This document shows positions 8,514 to 18,356 of a DNA stretch of 64,000 nt, piece after piece. Positions within the stretch are counted from its first letter, which is position 1, and each line of letters begins with the position of its first letter. Source of the stretch: an uncultured Gammaproteobacteria bacterium (GTDB lineage Bacteria; Patescibacteriota; Patescibacteriia; CAZGFX01); the NCBI GenBank assembly GCA_964524845.1, contig CAZGFX010000001.1, forward strand, positions 227,740-291,739, read 5' to 3'. The position numbers were made by a program, and so were the translations under genes. Under the pieces are notes generated by a model, which saw only the letters and a program-made list of their open reading frames with translations, did not search any database and was not told the origin of the DNA.

Positions 8514-9121
8514 ATTTTCACAATTGATTCGGAGAGAGACTTGCCCCGAATCTGTTTTATCCCGTTTGCGGGGCAAAGACAGAAGAGGGGTTGCAGAAAT
8601 ATAACACTTGGGAGTTTGAAAAAAACTACGGGTGTTATGTGTACCTTTTTAATTTCTTGAAATTAATGACTCGGGTATACGGGATATTATAGGAGTAAAC
8701 CCCTTCACTAATTGCCTTACATATTGGTGTTGGGGTAAATATTATATACCTTCATTAATTCCAAGAGTATGTATTTCACCGTATTGTATATATAATTATG
8801 TGCCCATGCCTGTGCACACAATTACATTTATTTTTTAATATTTTCCTTATGCTTCCATGCCTTAAAAAGCACAAAGAAAAACAAATACGTGAAATACACG
8901 CTCTTTAACAAAGAAAAAATAAAGTGATTATAGGTTTTTGGGTATGATATGAACTTATGGGGTATTTTTGGATATTTTGGATCTCTCTTTCCTTTTTTAT
9001 TCTTGATTTAAGTATATAGAATATACACTATTTCGTCAATGCACTCCTTACGAGTTATCCACAGGATGAGTATATAAGCCACTTTTGGTAAAATATACCC
9101 TTACTGAATTGCTGTTTATCA

Positions 9122-9931
9122 ATGGATTGTGTATACTTATTACATATGATGACATTTAAACAATTGTTCGAAAATTTCGTTTCCGCAGGTATGAGAGAAA
9201 CAGAGGCAAAAATTTATGCCGCACTTGTTATTAAAGGAAGGGCCGGCGCTGGAGAAATAGGCAGGATGATCGAAACATCAGGACAAAATGTAAGTATTTC
9301 CGTGAAGCGCCTTATTGAAAAAAATCTCATTGTAAAAGAAGGTAGAAATTATGCACTCGCAAATCCGGCTGGATTTTCAAACTTCTTGCAAAAAGAAAAC
9401 GATGATGCAGTAAAAAGAGTAGAGTTCCAAAAAAACATAGGGTTAACCCTATCATCAATAGTCAACGAGGCCTACATGCAAAGCACCGGAAAACCTGTTG
9501 TGCATATATTAAATTTAGATGAGTGGAAATCTTTTAAAAATGAGATGATCTCAAATGGAAACGACAAAACGATGCGTATAATCAGAGGAAAAAGGGTCTA
9601 TTCTAAAAACAAAAAAGACAGAAACGAAACAGTTTCTTTGTACCGTAAAATGGGTATATATAGAGAAATAATCACTCCTTTTTTTGATCATAATATTGAT
9701 AAAAACGAAAACGATATGGTTTTTTACGATATAAAGGATTTTGAATTTAAAAAATTTGATCTCGATATTTATATAAAAAATGATGCGGTTATAATCAACA
9801 AAAGACCAAACAAAGACCAAACACAAGAATTTCGAGCTATTGCCATACAAAACAAAAAAATAGCAGAATCTTTTATTGAGCTTTTTAATTTTTTAAAGAA
9901 AATTAGTAAAATACAAAAAGAGATCCGTTAA
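9122..9931 (+). CDS. putative TrmB-like winged-HTH transcriptional regulator
   Basis: N-terminal region REAKIYAALVIKGRAGAGEIGRMIETSGQNVSISVKRLIEKNLI resembles TrmB/ArsR-type wHTH. The C-terminal half is of unknown function. The true start may be at 9146/9149. Confidence 0.45.
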   Translation: MDCVYLLHMMTFKQLFENFVSAGMRETEAKIYAALVIKGRAGAGEIGRMIETSGQNVSISVKRLIEKNLIVKEGRNYALANPAGFSNFLQKENDDAVKRVEFQKNIGLTLSSIVNEAYMQSTGKPVVHILNLDEWKSFKNEMISNGNDKTMRIIRGKRVYSKNKKDRNETVSLYRKMGIYREIITPFFDHNIDKNENDMVFYDIKDFEFKKFDLDIYIKNDAVIINKRPNKDQTQEFRAIAIQNKKIAESFIELFNFLKKISKIQKEIR

Positions 9932-10340
9932 GACCTCTTTTCATAATTATCAATCAATCAGTACCATCGTCTCCGTCTTCTGGAGTTTGTGATAATTTAT
10001 AATTAATCATATATCCCTTTTACTTATTTAAGCTCCCTCTCCTTTCTTTTCGGATCACGTGTTTTTTTAAACATTACTCTCCTGGATCTGATGTTTTTTC
10101 ATCAGGATCAGCTTTTAACATTTTATAAATCCACATATCCCTTTGTGTTATTTATTAAATGGTATTTTATAAATATCGCTCTTATCTAAACAAATCCTCC
10201 TTTTAATTTACAAAAATCTCTTTAAAAAGGGTTTGAAAGGACTCATTTAACAAAGATTGTTTTATATAAGCCAATATCTAACCACCAGTAAACCCTTTCA
10301 TTACCAAACTACACCCTATAGAATAAAAAATCAAGTTGAT

Positions 10341-10375
10341 TATGAACTTATAAATAACATTTGTTTATACACAAA
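10341..10375 (+). repeat. 35-nt direct repeat, copy 2
   Basis: TATGAACTTATAAATAACATTTGTTTATACACAAA, directly downstream of the uvrD stop. Confidence 0.7.
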
Positions 10376-10390
10376 AAAACACATCTCAAA

Positions 10391-12559
10391 TCATAAATCC
10401 TCGACTTCGGGTAAGAATTTGCCCGGTTTTAAATCATACTCTTCTTCCTTTTCATATGAAATCTCATCTGATGTTTTTTTAGAAGGAGTTGTGTAACCGC
10501 TTTTTTGTTTTGTTTTCTTTTTGTAACCTCCCCATGAATTTTTCTTTTGAGTATTTCTAGAATATCCGTTTCCGTACCCAAACTCATCAGCATACTCGGG
10601 AACCATAGTATTACGATCAAGCAAATTCGATGGAATTTCGTCTATAAATTGCGATTGGCGCTGACTTCCTCCCCATTGTCCACCAATCACAGGCATAGTT
10701 AGAAACAAACGTTTCTGAGCCCTTGTTAAAGCAACATAGAACAATCTCCTTTCCTCAGCAATTCCTCCCTCAGCTACAGACCTCCCCGATGGAAAACCGT
10801 TTTCAGCAACATTAATAATAAACACCGTATCCCATTCCAAGCCTTTTGCTTGATGTACTGTAGATAAAATTATTTTGTCTTTATACGATAAGTTATCGCG
10901 TTCATTTTTGTTCCACTCCGCAGTAAACGATTCTTGAAGCGCAACTTCTGCAACCAATGGGGCTAGTGTTTCATACTGTCGCGCAAAGACTCCTAGCTGA
11001 GTTAAATCATCAAGTCGTTCTCTTCCGTCGGTGTATTCTCTTAAAACATACTCTCTATATCCTTCTTGTATAAATGATGAGATGATTTCAGAAGGATTGT
11101 TTTCTCCTGCATTTATCGCTGCGTTCCATATACGAAGAAAATCCTTCCAACCCGTTTGTGCGCGAGCTCCAACAATTGAAAAAAATGATTCCTGACGCAA
11201 ATTTTCACGCCATTTTTCCTGATTTGTTTCCTGTAATTCTATAATATGATCCGCAAGTTTCTGAGCCGCTATATCGCCTATTCCACCAAATAAAGAGAGA
11301 ATTCTTTGCCAAGATAACCTATCAAAAGGATTAATAAATATTCTGCAAAAAGCTATTGCATCTTTCACGTGAGCTCTTTCAAAAAAACGAACACCTCCTC
11401 GATATTCATATGTAATACCACTGCGTGCAAGTTCCATTTCAAGCGCCTGAGAATGAAAAGAAGCTCGAAACAGAACAGCAATCGACGACGAAGGAACGCC
11501 CTCTTCACGAAGAGAAACTATAGTACGAGTAATAAACTCAGCTTCTTGTCCTGAATCCATAGCACTTACGAAAATGGGTTTTGTGTGATTATCAAGAACA
11601 GACACTAGTGTTTTTTGATATTGATCCGGATTATGCAAAATAATTTCGTTTGCGATTTCAAGGATCTCCGGGGTGGACCTGTAATTCGTCTCAAGTTTAA
11701 ATGTTTTCGCATCAGGATATCTATTCGAGAAAGAAAGAATATTCCTTATATCAGCTGCGCGAAAAGAATAAATACTTTGAGCGTCATCTCCTACCACAAA
11801 AAGATTTTTATGTGCGGATGAGAGACAATCAATAATATCAGCTTGTATTACGTTCGTATCTTGGTATTCATCAACTAGAACGTATCTGAACTTTTGCGAA
11901 AGTTGGACCCCTGTTTGTGTGAGCACACCCGATGAATCTCTTATCAAAATAAGCAGGTTGTTTAATAAATCATCGAAATCCATTGAATTGTTTTTACGCT
12001 TCTGTTCGTGGTATGCGCGTTCTACCTGCTCGAATCGTCCAATATACTCAGAAACCTGCGGCGCGCGAGATAAAATTATACTTCGAAGAGATTTTCTGCT
12101 GTTCGCCGCATACGAAATCCAAGATTGTACAACTGCCGGAGCCGGTATACCAGTTTCTTTCGAGGAAACAATTCCGCACTCTTTCATGCACTTACGCACA
12201 AGATCCTTGCTATCCTCCTGATCGAGGATGGAAAAGTCCGGAGAAAAACCAATTGTCTTACCATACATTCTAAGTATTCTGTTCGCGACATGATGAAATG
12301 TTCCCGCCCACATTCCTCGCACCTCGGCTCCGAGCAGTTTGGTGACTCGTTCTATCATCTCGCGCGCCGCCTTGTTGGTGAATGTCAGAAGCAATATCTC
12401 ATCAGGCCGTGCTCCGTGCTCGAGAAGATAAGCTACGCGATATACTATCGTACGAGTTTTTCCAGATCCAGCTCCTGCAAGCACAAGACAACGTCCATCT
12501 CCCTGTTCGACAGCTCTGTGTTGTTCCTCGTTTAATTCTTTTTTGAAATCAATTCGCAT
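10391..12559 (-). CDS. pcrA: ATP-dependent DNA helicase UvrD/PcrA family
   Basis: Walker A AGAGSGKT, the helicase motifs of the UvrD/Rep family, and a Lys-rich C-terminal tail. Confidence 0.85.
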   Translation of the reverse strand: MRIDFKKELNEEQHRAVEQGDGRCLVLAGAGSGKTRTIVYRVAYLLEHGARPDEILLLTFTNKAAREMIERVTKLLGAEVRGMWAGTFHHVANRILRMYGKTIGFSPDFSILDQEDSKDLVRKCMKECGIVSSKETGIPAPAVVQSWISYAANSRKSLRSIILSRAPQVSEYIGRFEQVERAYHEQKRKNNSMDFDDLLNNLLILIRDSSGVLTQTGVQLSQKFRYVLVDEYQDTNVIQADIIDCLSSAHKNLFVVGDDAQSIYSFRAADIRNILSFSNRYPDAKTFKLETNYRSTPEILEIANEIILHNPDQYQKTLVSVLDNHTKPIFVSAMDSGQEAEFITRTIVSLREEGVPSSSIAVLFRASFHSQALEMELARSGITYEYRGGVRFFERAHVKDAIAFCRIFINPFDRLSWQRILSLFGGIGDIAAQKLADHIIELQETNQEKWRENLRQESFFSIVGARAQTGWKDFLRIWNAAINAGENNPSEIISSFIQEGYREYVLREYTDGRERLDDLTQLGVFARQYETLAPLVAEVALQESFTAEWNKNERDNLSYKDKIILSTVHQAKGLEWDTVFIINVAENGFPSGRSVAEGGIAEERRLFYVALTRAQKRLFLTMPVIGGQWGGSQRQSQFIDEIPSNLLDRNTMVPEYADEFGYGNGYSRNTQKKNSWGGYKKKTKQKSGYTTPSKKTSDEISYEKEEEYDLKPGKFLPEVEDL

Positions 12560-12639
12560 ATAGACAGTATACCAGTGATACGAAAAACAAAAAGTCCGCC
12601 TCTCTCGTGAGAAAAGCGGACCTATATATTGTTAGTTTT

Positions 12640-13041
12640 TTAACAAGGAAATAAAAGATACAAAATATCGTCTTTATTCTTGCACTTATAAAAAAAGATC
12701 GGACAAGTACGAAACCACGGTCTAGAAACAACTCCTTGAGAAATAGGAAGTTGATTTATAATCTCATACAAATCTTGGATACATTTATTTGATTCTGAGA
12801 AAATAAAACTGTCTGAATTAAGACCTTTTTTCATCATAATTGAAATAGCTTCGTTAACAGTATGTGCCGTTCCAAAATATGTACCACTGGGTCCTATGAT
12901 ACAAAAACCTTCGTATTCTTTTATTTCTGGTAGCGTGCCAATAACGGCTTGATATAGACTTTTTGTTTCTTCTTCTTTTAAATTAAATGTTTCTGTTTTT
13001 TTTAGTTCTGTTTTTTCAATGTCTACACAAGTCATATTCAA
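12640..13041 (-). CDS. hypothetical protein
   Basis: 133-aa ORF. A terminator hairpin (GTCCGC...GCGGAC plus T-run on the minus strand) lies at 12590-12625. Confidence 0.4.
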   Translation of the reverse strand: MNMTCVDIEKTELKKTETFNLKEEETKSLYQAVIGTLPEIKEYEGFCIIGPSGTYFGTAHTVNEAISIMMKKGLNSDSFIFSESNKCIQDLYEIINQLPISQGVVSRPWFRTCPIFFYKCKNKDDILYLLFPC

Positions 13042-13583
13042 ACTCCTTTTCTTTAATCAAAAGTTAAATTTATTTTCAAGCTTAACAATAAGTTTTAATT
13101 GCTTTTATTTAAATTATTTTATTTATATTACTGTATACCCATATACGAAAAAGTCAAAGTCTTTTTAGAATATAAAAACGGAAAACCTCGGCCAGTAGCC
13201 GAGGCTTTCCAAAATAGAGAACTTGTGGAAATCCAAGATACCCAAAACTTGGTTTTCCTAAAGATAGGAGAGAGATTAAGACCTAACCCCTAAGGATAAG
13301 ATCTTCTGCATACATAATACCCAAAAATGCATGCAGAACCTTGAAATCAATCTGTTAAAAGATTCATTCCAAGAGAATGAATTCAAATCGGGTTTAGGGT
13401 TTGAAGTCGCTCTCTTTGGGAATTAATCAATCGTTCACTATCATCATAGCGCACCTATTAATAATTGTCAATATTAGTGTTTATAAAAAAGTGGATAACT
13501 CTATAAAACGGCTTATATAAGCCCTGTAACAACACTCTTTTTATTTCATTTATAGTTAACACCTCAGGTGTGAAACATCGACT

Positions 13584-14186
13584 TTATTCACCGTGTATTC
13601 TACGAACCCCATATATAATCTCCTCTATTTTATGAAGGTTTCTTTTCGCTTCATCGAACTTCTGTCTTAAATGACCCGTAAGAAACATGCGAGCCATAGC
13701 CGAAACAAGCTCTTCTGAAATTGATTTAAAATAAATGAGTTCTTTTAATGTTTTCTCTCCTGCAATATTAACAGCTCTTCTAACTAACTCTCCTGTAACA
13801 TCTGCGAGCGCTCCTCCATATTGATCGTATGATACAGGAAACCCATCAAACACATCCAATGATTTATGCTGAAATACTTTCATTAGATAAAAAGATTCTA
13901 GAAATTCTTCGCATGCTCCGAGATAATTCGCATCATAAGCAAATCTTGTACCTTTTATCACTTTGTACATTTTCACTAGATCTTTTTCTGCTTTTGCTAT
14001 TGCGATACGAGCCTCTGCCACCTCTTCTCTGTGGAGAGCATATATTGCCGCCTTGCTCATTCTTTGAATATCCCGAGATATTCTAAACACCATATCTCTC
14101 ATCTGGGTGTCCTTCTCTCCTTGATCTGTTATCAGTTTTAATAATTTTTTCATAATAGTTGGGATTATATATACATAGTGTAGCAC
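13584..14186 (-). CDS. all-alpha hypothetical protein, possibly translin-family-like
   Basis: ~190 aa, predicted all-helical. Weak pattern resemblance to translin (AIAKAEKDL...KGTRFAYDANYLGACEEFLE). Low confidence in family assignment. Confidence 0.35.
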   Translation of the reverse strand: MLHYVYIIPTIMKKLLKLITDQGEKDTQMRDMVFRISRDIQRMSKAAIYALHREEVAEARIAIAKAEKDLVKMYKVIKGTRFAYDANYLGACEEFLESFYLMKVFQHKSLDVFDGFPVSYDQYGGALADVTGELVRRAVNIAGEKTLKELIYFKSISEELVSAMARMFLTGHLRQKFDEAKRNLHKIEEIIYGVRRIHGE

Positions 14187-14263
14187 ATGATTGAATAAAA
14201 CAAGAATTATGAATTGATTAAACGGATATACTGTGCTACATTTTGACTGATTTTTATATAATT

Positions 14264-15361
14264 ATGGGATTACAAATAGGACTTGTTGGTCTTCCGAATG
14301 TAGGAAAATCAACGGCATTCAAAGCGCTTACGAAAAAACAGGTTCCTGCAGAAAACTATCCGTTTTGCACTATAGACCCGAACATCGGAGTTGTTGCAGT
14401 ACCTGATAAACGTCTTGATCGACTTGCGGAAATATCAGAATCAAAAAAAATCGTTCCAACAACGATCGAGTTTGTTGATATCGCGGGACTCGTAAAAGGA
14501 GCATCTCAAGGGGAGGGGCTTGGAAATCAATTCCTTTCACACATTAGAGAGGTCGATGCAATTGCAATGGTAGTGAGAGAATTTAAAGACGAAAAAATAA
14601 TTCATGTATATGATCGAATTGATCCCACTGATGATATTGATATCATAAAACTCGAGCTTATTTTTGCTGACCTGGATACAGTTAATAAACGCATTTCTGC
14701 TACAGAGAAAAAAGCTAGTCTAGGAGATAAGGAGGCGAAAATGGAATACACTGTTGCAATAAAGTACAAAGAAGCACTTTCCGCTGACAAACTTGCAAAC
14801 ACTGTTGAGTTTTCAGATGAGGAGAAAAAAACAGCACACCAGTTTCAACTCCTTACAGCAAAACCTTTTATTTACATACGAAATGTCGATGAACACACGG
14901 CAATCGCCGAAGCAAAAAAAATAGATACTGATTTTCTCGATCATCTCTCACATCAAGAAACCCCAGAAGTAACGATATGCGCCTTGATGGAAGCGGAACT
15001 TGCCGAGATGGACGAGACCGATACGAAACAATACCTGAAAGAGGTTGGTATCAGCTACACGGGACTAGATCGTATGATTCTGGCATGTTACAGAGCCCTT
15101 AATCTTGTTTCGTTTCTCACAACCGGTCCCGATGAGAGCCGTGCATGGACAGTGCGAGCAAACACAAAAGCTCCTCAGGCTGCCGCAGTCATTCATACTG
15201 ATTTTGAAAAAAACTTTATACGTGTAGAGGTAATTAAATATGCTGATCTAGATCGTCTTGGTAATGAACTGGCAGTAAAACAAGCCGGCCTCATGCAAAC
15301 ACTTGGAAAAGATTATATCATTCAAGATGGTGATGTCGTGAACTTTATAGTTGGAGTGTAA
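14264..15361 (+). CDS. ychF: ribosome-binding ATPase YchF
   Basis: GLVGLPNVGKST P-loop and NYPFCTIDPN motif. C-terminal TGS-like domain. Confidence 0.85.
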   Translation: MGLQIGLVGLPNVGKSTAFKALTKKQVPAENYPFCTIDPNIGVVAVPDKRLDRLAEISESKKIVPTTIEFVDIAGLVKGASQGEGLGNQFLSHIREVDAIAMVVREFKDEKIIHVYDRIDPTDDIDIIKLELIFADLDTVNKRISATEKKASLGDKEAKMEYTVAIKYKEALSADKLANTVEFSDEEKKTAHQFQLLTAKPFIYIRNVDEHTAIAEAKKIDTDFLDHLSHQETPEVTICALMEAELAEMDETDTKQYLKEVGISYTGLDRMILACYRALNLVSFLTTGPDESRAWTVRANTKAPQAAAVIHTDFEKNFIRVEVIKYADLDRLGNELAVKQAGLMQTLGKDYIIQDGDVVNFIVGV

Positions 15362-15516
15362 AAACATTCAAAAAAGGAGTCGGTTTTTATTATTCTGTTA
15401 TTATATAAATTTTGTCCGTTTATGAGCGGAGTGAAATAAAGGATCAAAATTTATATAATAGCAGAATTTTCATTTAAAAAATTTTTTTATAATTAATGAA
15501 GACTCTGAAAAACCGC

Positions 15517-15546
15517 TTGAAAAAGCGGTTTTTCTCTAATTCACAA
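15517..15546 (+). terminator. rho-independent terminator
   Basis: AACCGCTT-GAAAA-AAGCGGTT followed by TTTTCTC. Confidence 0.7.
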
Positions 15547-15668
15547 TACTCCACTTGCACGTATTTTTGTTTTGGTGCATTATACAACGATCCGCGGATG
15601 CGGATTATAAGTACATTAACAGATAAAAACAGTGCCCGGATGGGTACGCATCAAGAAAGGCGGTTACT

Positions 15669-16838
15669 ATGAGTAACTATGGTCTCAGTGAGTTAAAATT
15701 AGCTACTACTAAACGTTATGATGATCGGGATATTGCAAAAAATCCTATTGGTGTCTTTATGGATTGTTCTTATGTTGAAATTAGGAAAAAATGTATTAAA
15801 GTCATAACAAAAATACCAGAAATCCATTCTCAACGTTTTATAGAGGAAATAGAATTTTTATTGTCCGAAATTGTGACAAACGAAAACCTTCATAAAGAAC
15901 TGTTCAGTGAAACTGTCGACTTCATAGACTGGTATATCCAAAAATCCAATAAAAGTGAACAAGTGAGAATCCGAGCGTTTCGGTTCGTGTGCGAATTATT
16001 AACCAAAAATCGTTCATTCGAAGATGGTGATCACTTTGTCACACGACCGATTTCTCGTGCTATAAAAGACGATCCACAGCTTTATTGGTGTGATTCTGGA
16101 ATAGATGTACGAGCAAATCAATGGATCGATAAAATAATAGAAGAAACTACTTTAGAAATTAATAAATCCGAAAACAGCCGATACAGTGGCTTCCTTTCGT
16201 CATATATGCTTATCAACGCTGAAACAGCTTTACGCAGAGCATTGTCTGCTAGTAATACGCTCCTTATTCCAAAGATTGAAAAATTTTATGACGTTTTTTC
16301 TACTTTAATAGAAAATATTGAAAAAGAAAAATATACCTCAAAAGAAATTGGTTGGTATGAAAAAAAAGGATTAATTGATGGAACTCTGAGAATTTTAAAA
16401 AAAGAAGAAAAGAAAGAGAAACCAATTTCAGGTCTTGTAAGCTCTTTTTTTAAAAGAGAACTCAAATTAAAAGGAATGGTTACGTTGCACGCAGAATACT
16501 CCTTCGTACCCGATGGCACTTACAGAAACGTTATTATATCTTTTCATCTAAAAGCATCTCACCCGGAAGAAGAAAAAGGAATTGAAGAATACTTAAAAAA
16601 TCCGGAAAGAAAAGAAAAACAATTTTATATCATTATAGATGTTTTCGGAAGTCAGGACGATAATAAAAAAGACGAGAAACCAAAAATAATTCGTTTTTCT
16701 GATCTGGTGGCAAACTTCTCCTATATTCCTTTTGGACCACAACAAAAGTGCTTCATACGAATATTTGACGAAGGAGAAGAAATAGCTGAAACATGTTTTT
16801 ATCTTGAACCAGATATAGCGACAAAAGAAATTGTATAA
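15669..16838 (+). CDS. hypothetical protein (389 aa)
   Basis: Stand-alone ORF flanked by terminators. No recognisable motif. Confidence 0.45.
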   Translation: MSNYGLSELKLATTKRYDDRDIAKNPIGVFMDCSYVEIRKKCIKVITKIPEIHSQRFIEEIEFLLSEIVTNENLHKELFSETVDFIDWYIQKSNKSEQVRIRAFRFVCELLTKNRSFEDGDHFVTRPISRAIKDDPQLYWCDSGIDVRANQWIDKIIEETTLEINKSENSRYSGFLSSYMLINAETALRRALSASNTLLIPKIEKFYDVFSTLIENIEKEKYTSKEIGWYEKKGLIDGTLRILKKEEKKEKPISGLVSSFFKRELKLKGMVTLHAEYSFVPDGTYRNVIISFHLKASHPEEEKGIEEYLKNPERKEKQFYIIIDVFGSQDDNKKDEKPKIIRFSDLVANFSYIPFGPQQKCFIRIFDEGEEIAETCFYLEPDIATKEIV

Positions 16839-16865
16839 TTTTATATGATTTCAAAAAAATAAATT

Positions 16866-16910
16866 CAAAAAAACCTCGATTAGTGAAATACTAACCGAGG
16901 TTTTTAATTT
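16866..16910. terminator. bidirectional terminator
   Basis: AACCTCG...CGAGGTT hairpin flanked by an A-run and a T-run. Confidence 0.6.
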
Positions 16911-16925
16911 TTATACTAGAAAAAA

Positions 16926-18206
16926 TTATTCTGGCATTTCAGCGAGTTTAACGGAAACGGTCTTTTCTTCTCCTTTGTGATATATTTTTAATTTTAATTC
17001 ATCTCCTACCTTCTTGTTCTTCACAAGTGATACGAGTGAGTGATCGTTGTCTATCTTTTGACCATCGACTTCAAGAATAATATCATTTTCTACAATTCCA
17101 GCCTTATCTGCCGGAGATCCCGGTAAAACAGCGAGCTGATCCTGTGTTTCTCCGCGAGCAACAAGAGCTCCATATTCAAACGGGAGTTTGTTCGCATTCT
17201 TTAATTCCTCTGTAATCATTACATATCTTATTCCTAGATAAGGACGCACTATTTTTCCATTTGTTTTTACAGACTCGACGACATTTTTTACAAGATTTGA
17301 AGGAAGAGCAAACCCAATGTTTTCGGCTGAGGCTTTCGCGACACTCATTCCAATTACGTTTCCGTTTAGATCGAGTAATGGGCCTCCTGAGTTTCCTGGA
17401 TTAATTGCCGCATCCGTTTGTATGAGATTTTCAAGTTGTTCTGATTGTCCCATCATATCTCCAGCCATAATCGTACGAGCAAGACCTGATATAACGCCCA
17501 CAGAAACCGTGTTTCGAAACTCCGCAAGCGCATTTCCTATGACTATTATTGTTTGGCCTAGGTCGAGAGTTCCCGAATCACCAAAAGAAAGATATGTGAA
17601 ATCTTTTCCTTCTACTTTTATCACAGCTATGTCATTGACGGGGTCTGTAGCAATAACTTTTGCTGGATATTTTTTGCCGTCATTTGTATATACCGTATAC
17701 TCGACGTCTTTTTCTGAAACAACGTGCTTGTTTGTAACTATAAGCCCATCAGACGAAACAAAAAAACCGGATCCTCCTCCAATTTCTTTTTTCTCTGTTC
17801 CTTTTTCACGATATTTCGGCACCTGAAATTGAAAGGGTTGAAAAAAGTCTCCGAAAAAATCATCACCAAATGGATTTGCAGGTTGGTTCTCATAATATTG
17901 CTCGATAATTGGAACATCTTTTGTCAGAATAATTGAAACAACCGCCGGATTTGCCTGTTTAACAGTGGCTACGATTCTCTCACTATCGCTTCCATTAATA
18001 TTCGCTTTTTTATTCGTATCGGTAACAGAATCATTTTTTGAAACACTATCTTTATCATTGAAAACAGATGCGATCTTCCTATCAAAGTCGCGAATATGCG
18101 GATTAACTCGTACAGCCACGATTCCTAATATTATAAAGGCGCCTATCATTCCACTAATAATTCCAACCACAATTGGTATGCTGTGTTTTTTTAGAAACTC
18201 GTTCAT
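16926..18206 (-). CDS. htrA: HtrA/DegP-family serine protease with PDZ domain
   Basis: N-terminal TM helix. Trypsin-like motifs GGGSGFFVSSDGLIVTNKHV and NPGNSGGPLLD. C-terminal PDZ domain. Confidence 0.85.
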   Translation of the reverse strand: MNEFLKKHSIPIVVGIISGMIGAFIILGIVAVRVNPHIRDFDRKIASVFNDKDSVSKNDSVTDTNKKANINGSDSERIVATVKQANPAVVSIILTKDVPIIEQYYENQPANPFGDDFFGDFFQPFQFQVPKYREKGTEKKEIGGGSGFFVSSDGLIVTNKHVVSEKDVEYTVYTNDGKKYPAKVIATDPVNDIAVIKVEGKDFTYLSFGDSGTLDLGQTIIVIGNALAEFRNTVSVGVISGLARTIMAGDMMGQSEQLENLIQTDAAINPGNSGGPLLDLNGNVIGMSVAKASAENIGFALPSNLVKNVVESVKTNGKIVRPYLGIRYVMITEELKNANKLPFEYGALVARGETQDQLAVLPGSPADKAGIVENDIILEVDGQKIDNDHSLVSLVKNKKVGDELKLKIYHKGEEKTVSVKLAEMPE

Positions 18207-18356
18207 AATATTAAAATATAAAAAATAAATTAGTTAGAAGGACGAAGTATATTATAGCGCAAGATAAAGAAGATTTCAAAACTAATCGAAAAAACCTTTT
18301 ATATAAAATAAATTTCCGCAAACACGGAAATAATTACAATACAATTCCAAAAAATA

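Noticed and set aside
8478-8660. 60-aa plus-strand ORF across the 38-nt element and hairpin
   Set aside because: It has no SD, its start lies inside the repeat element, and the composition is dominated by the structured repeats. It is more likely non-coding.
9055-9063. Perfect DnaA box TTATCCACA (plus near-matches at 13489-13497 and ~40347) suggesting oriC
   Set aside because: These are isolated single boxes. One perfect 9-mer is expected by chance in 64 kb. There is no cluster, no dnaA/dnaN nearby and no AT-rich DUE arrangement.
13099-13293. 64-aa ORF in the hairpin-rich spacer
   Set aside because: It has no SD, spans two strong hairpins, and has a low-complexity product. The region is treated as candidate ncRNA instead.
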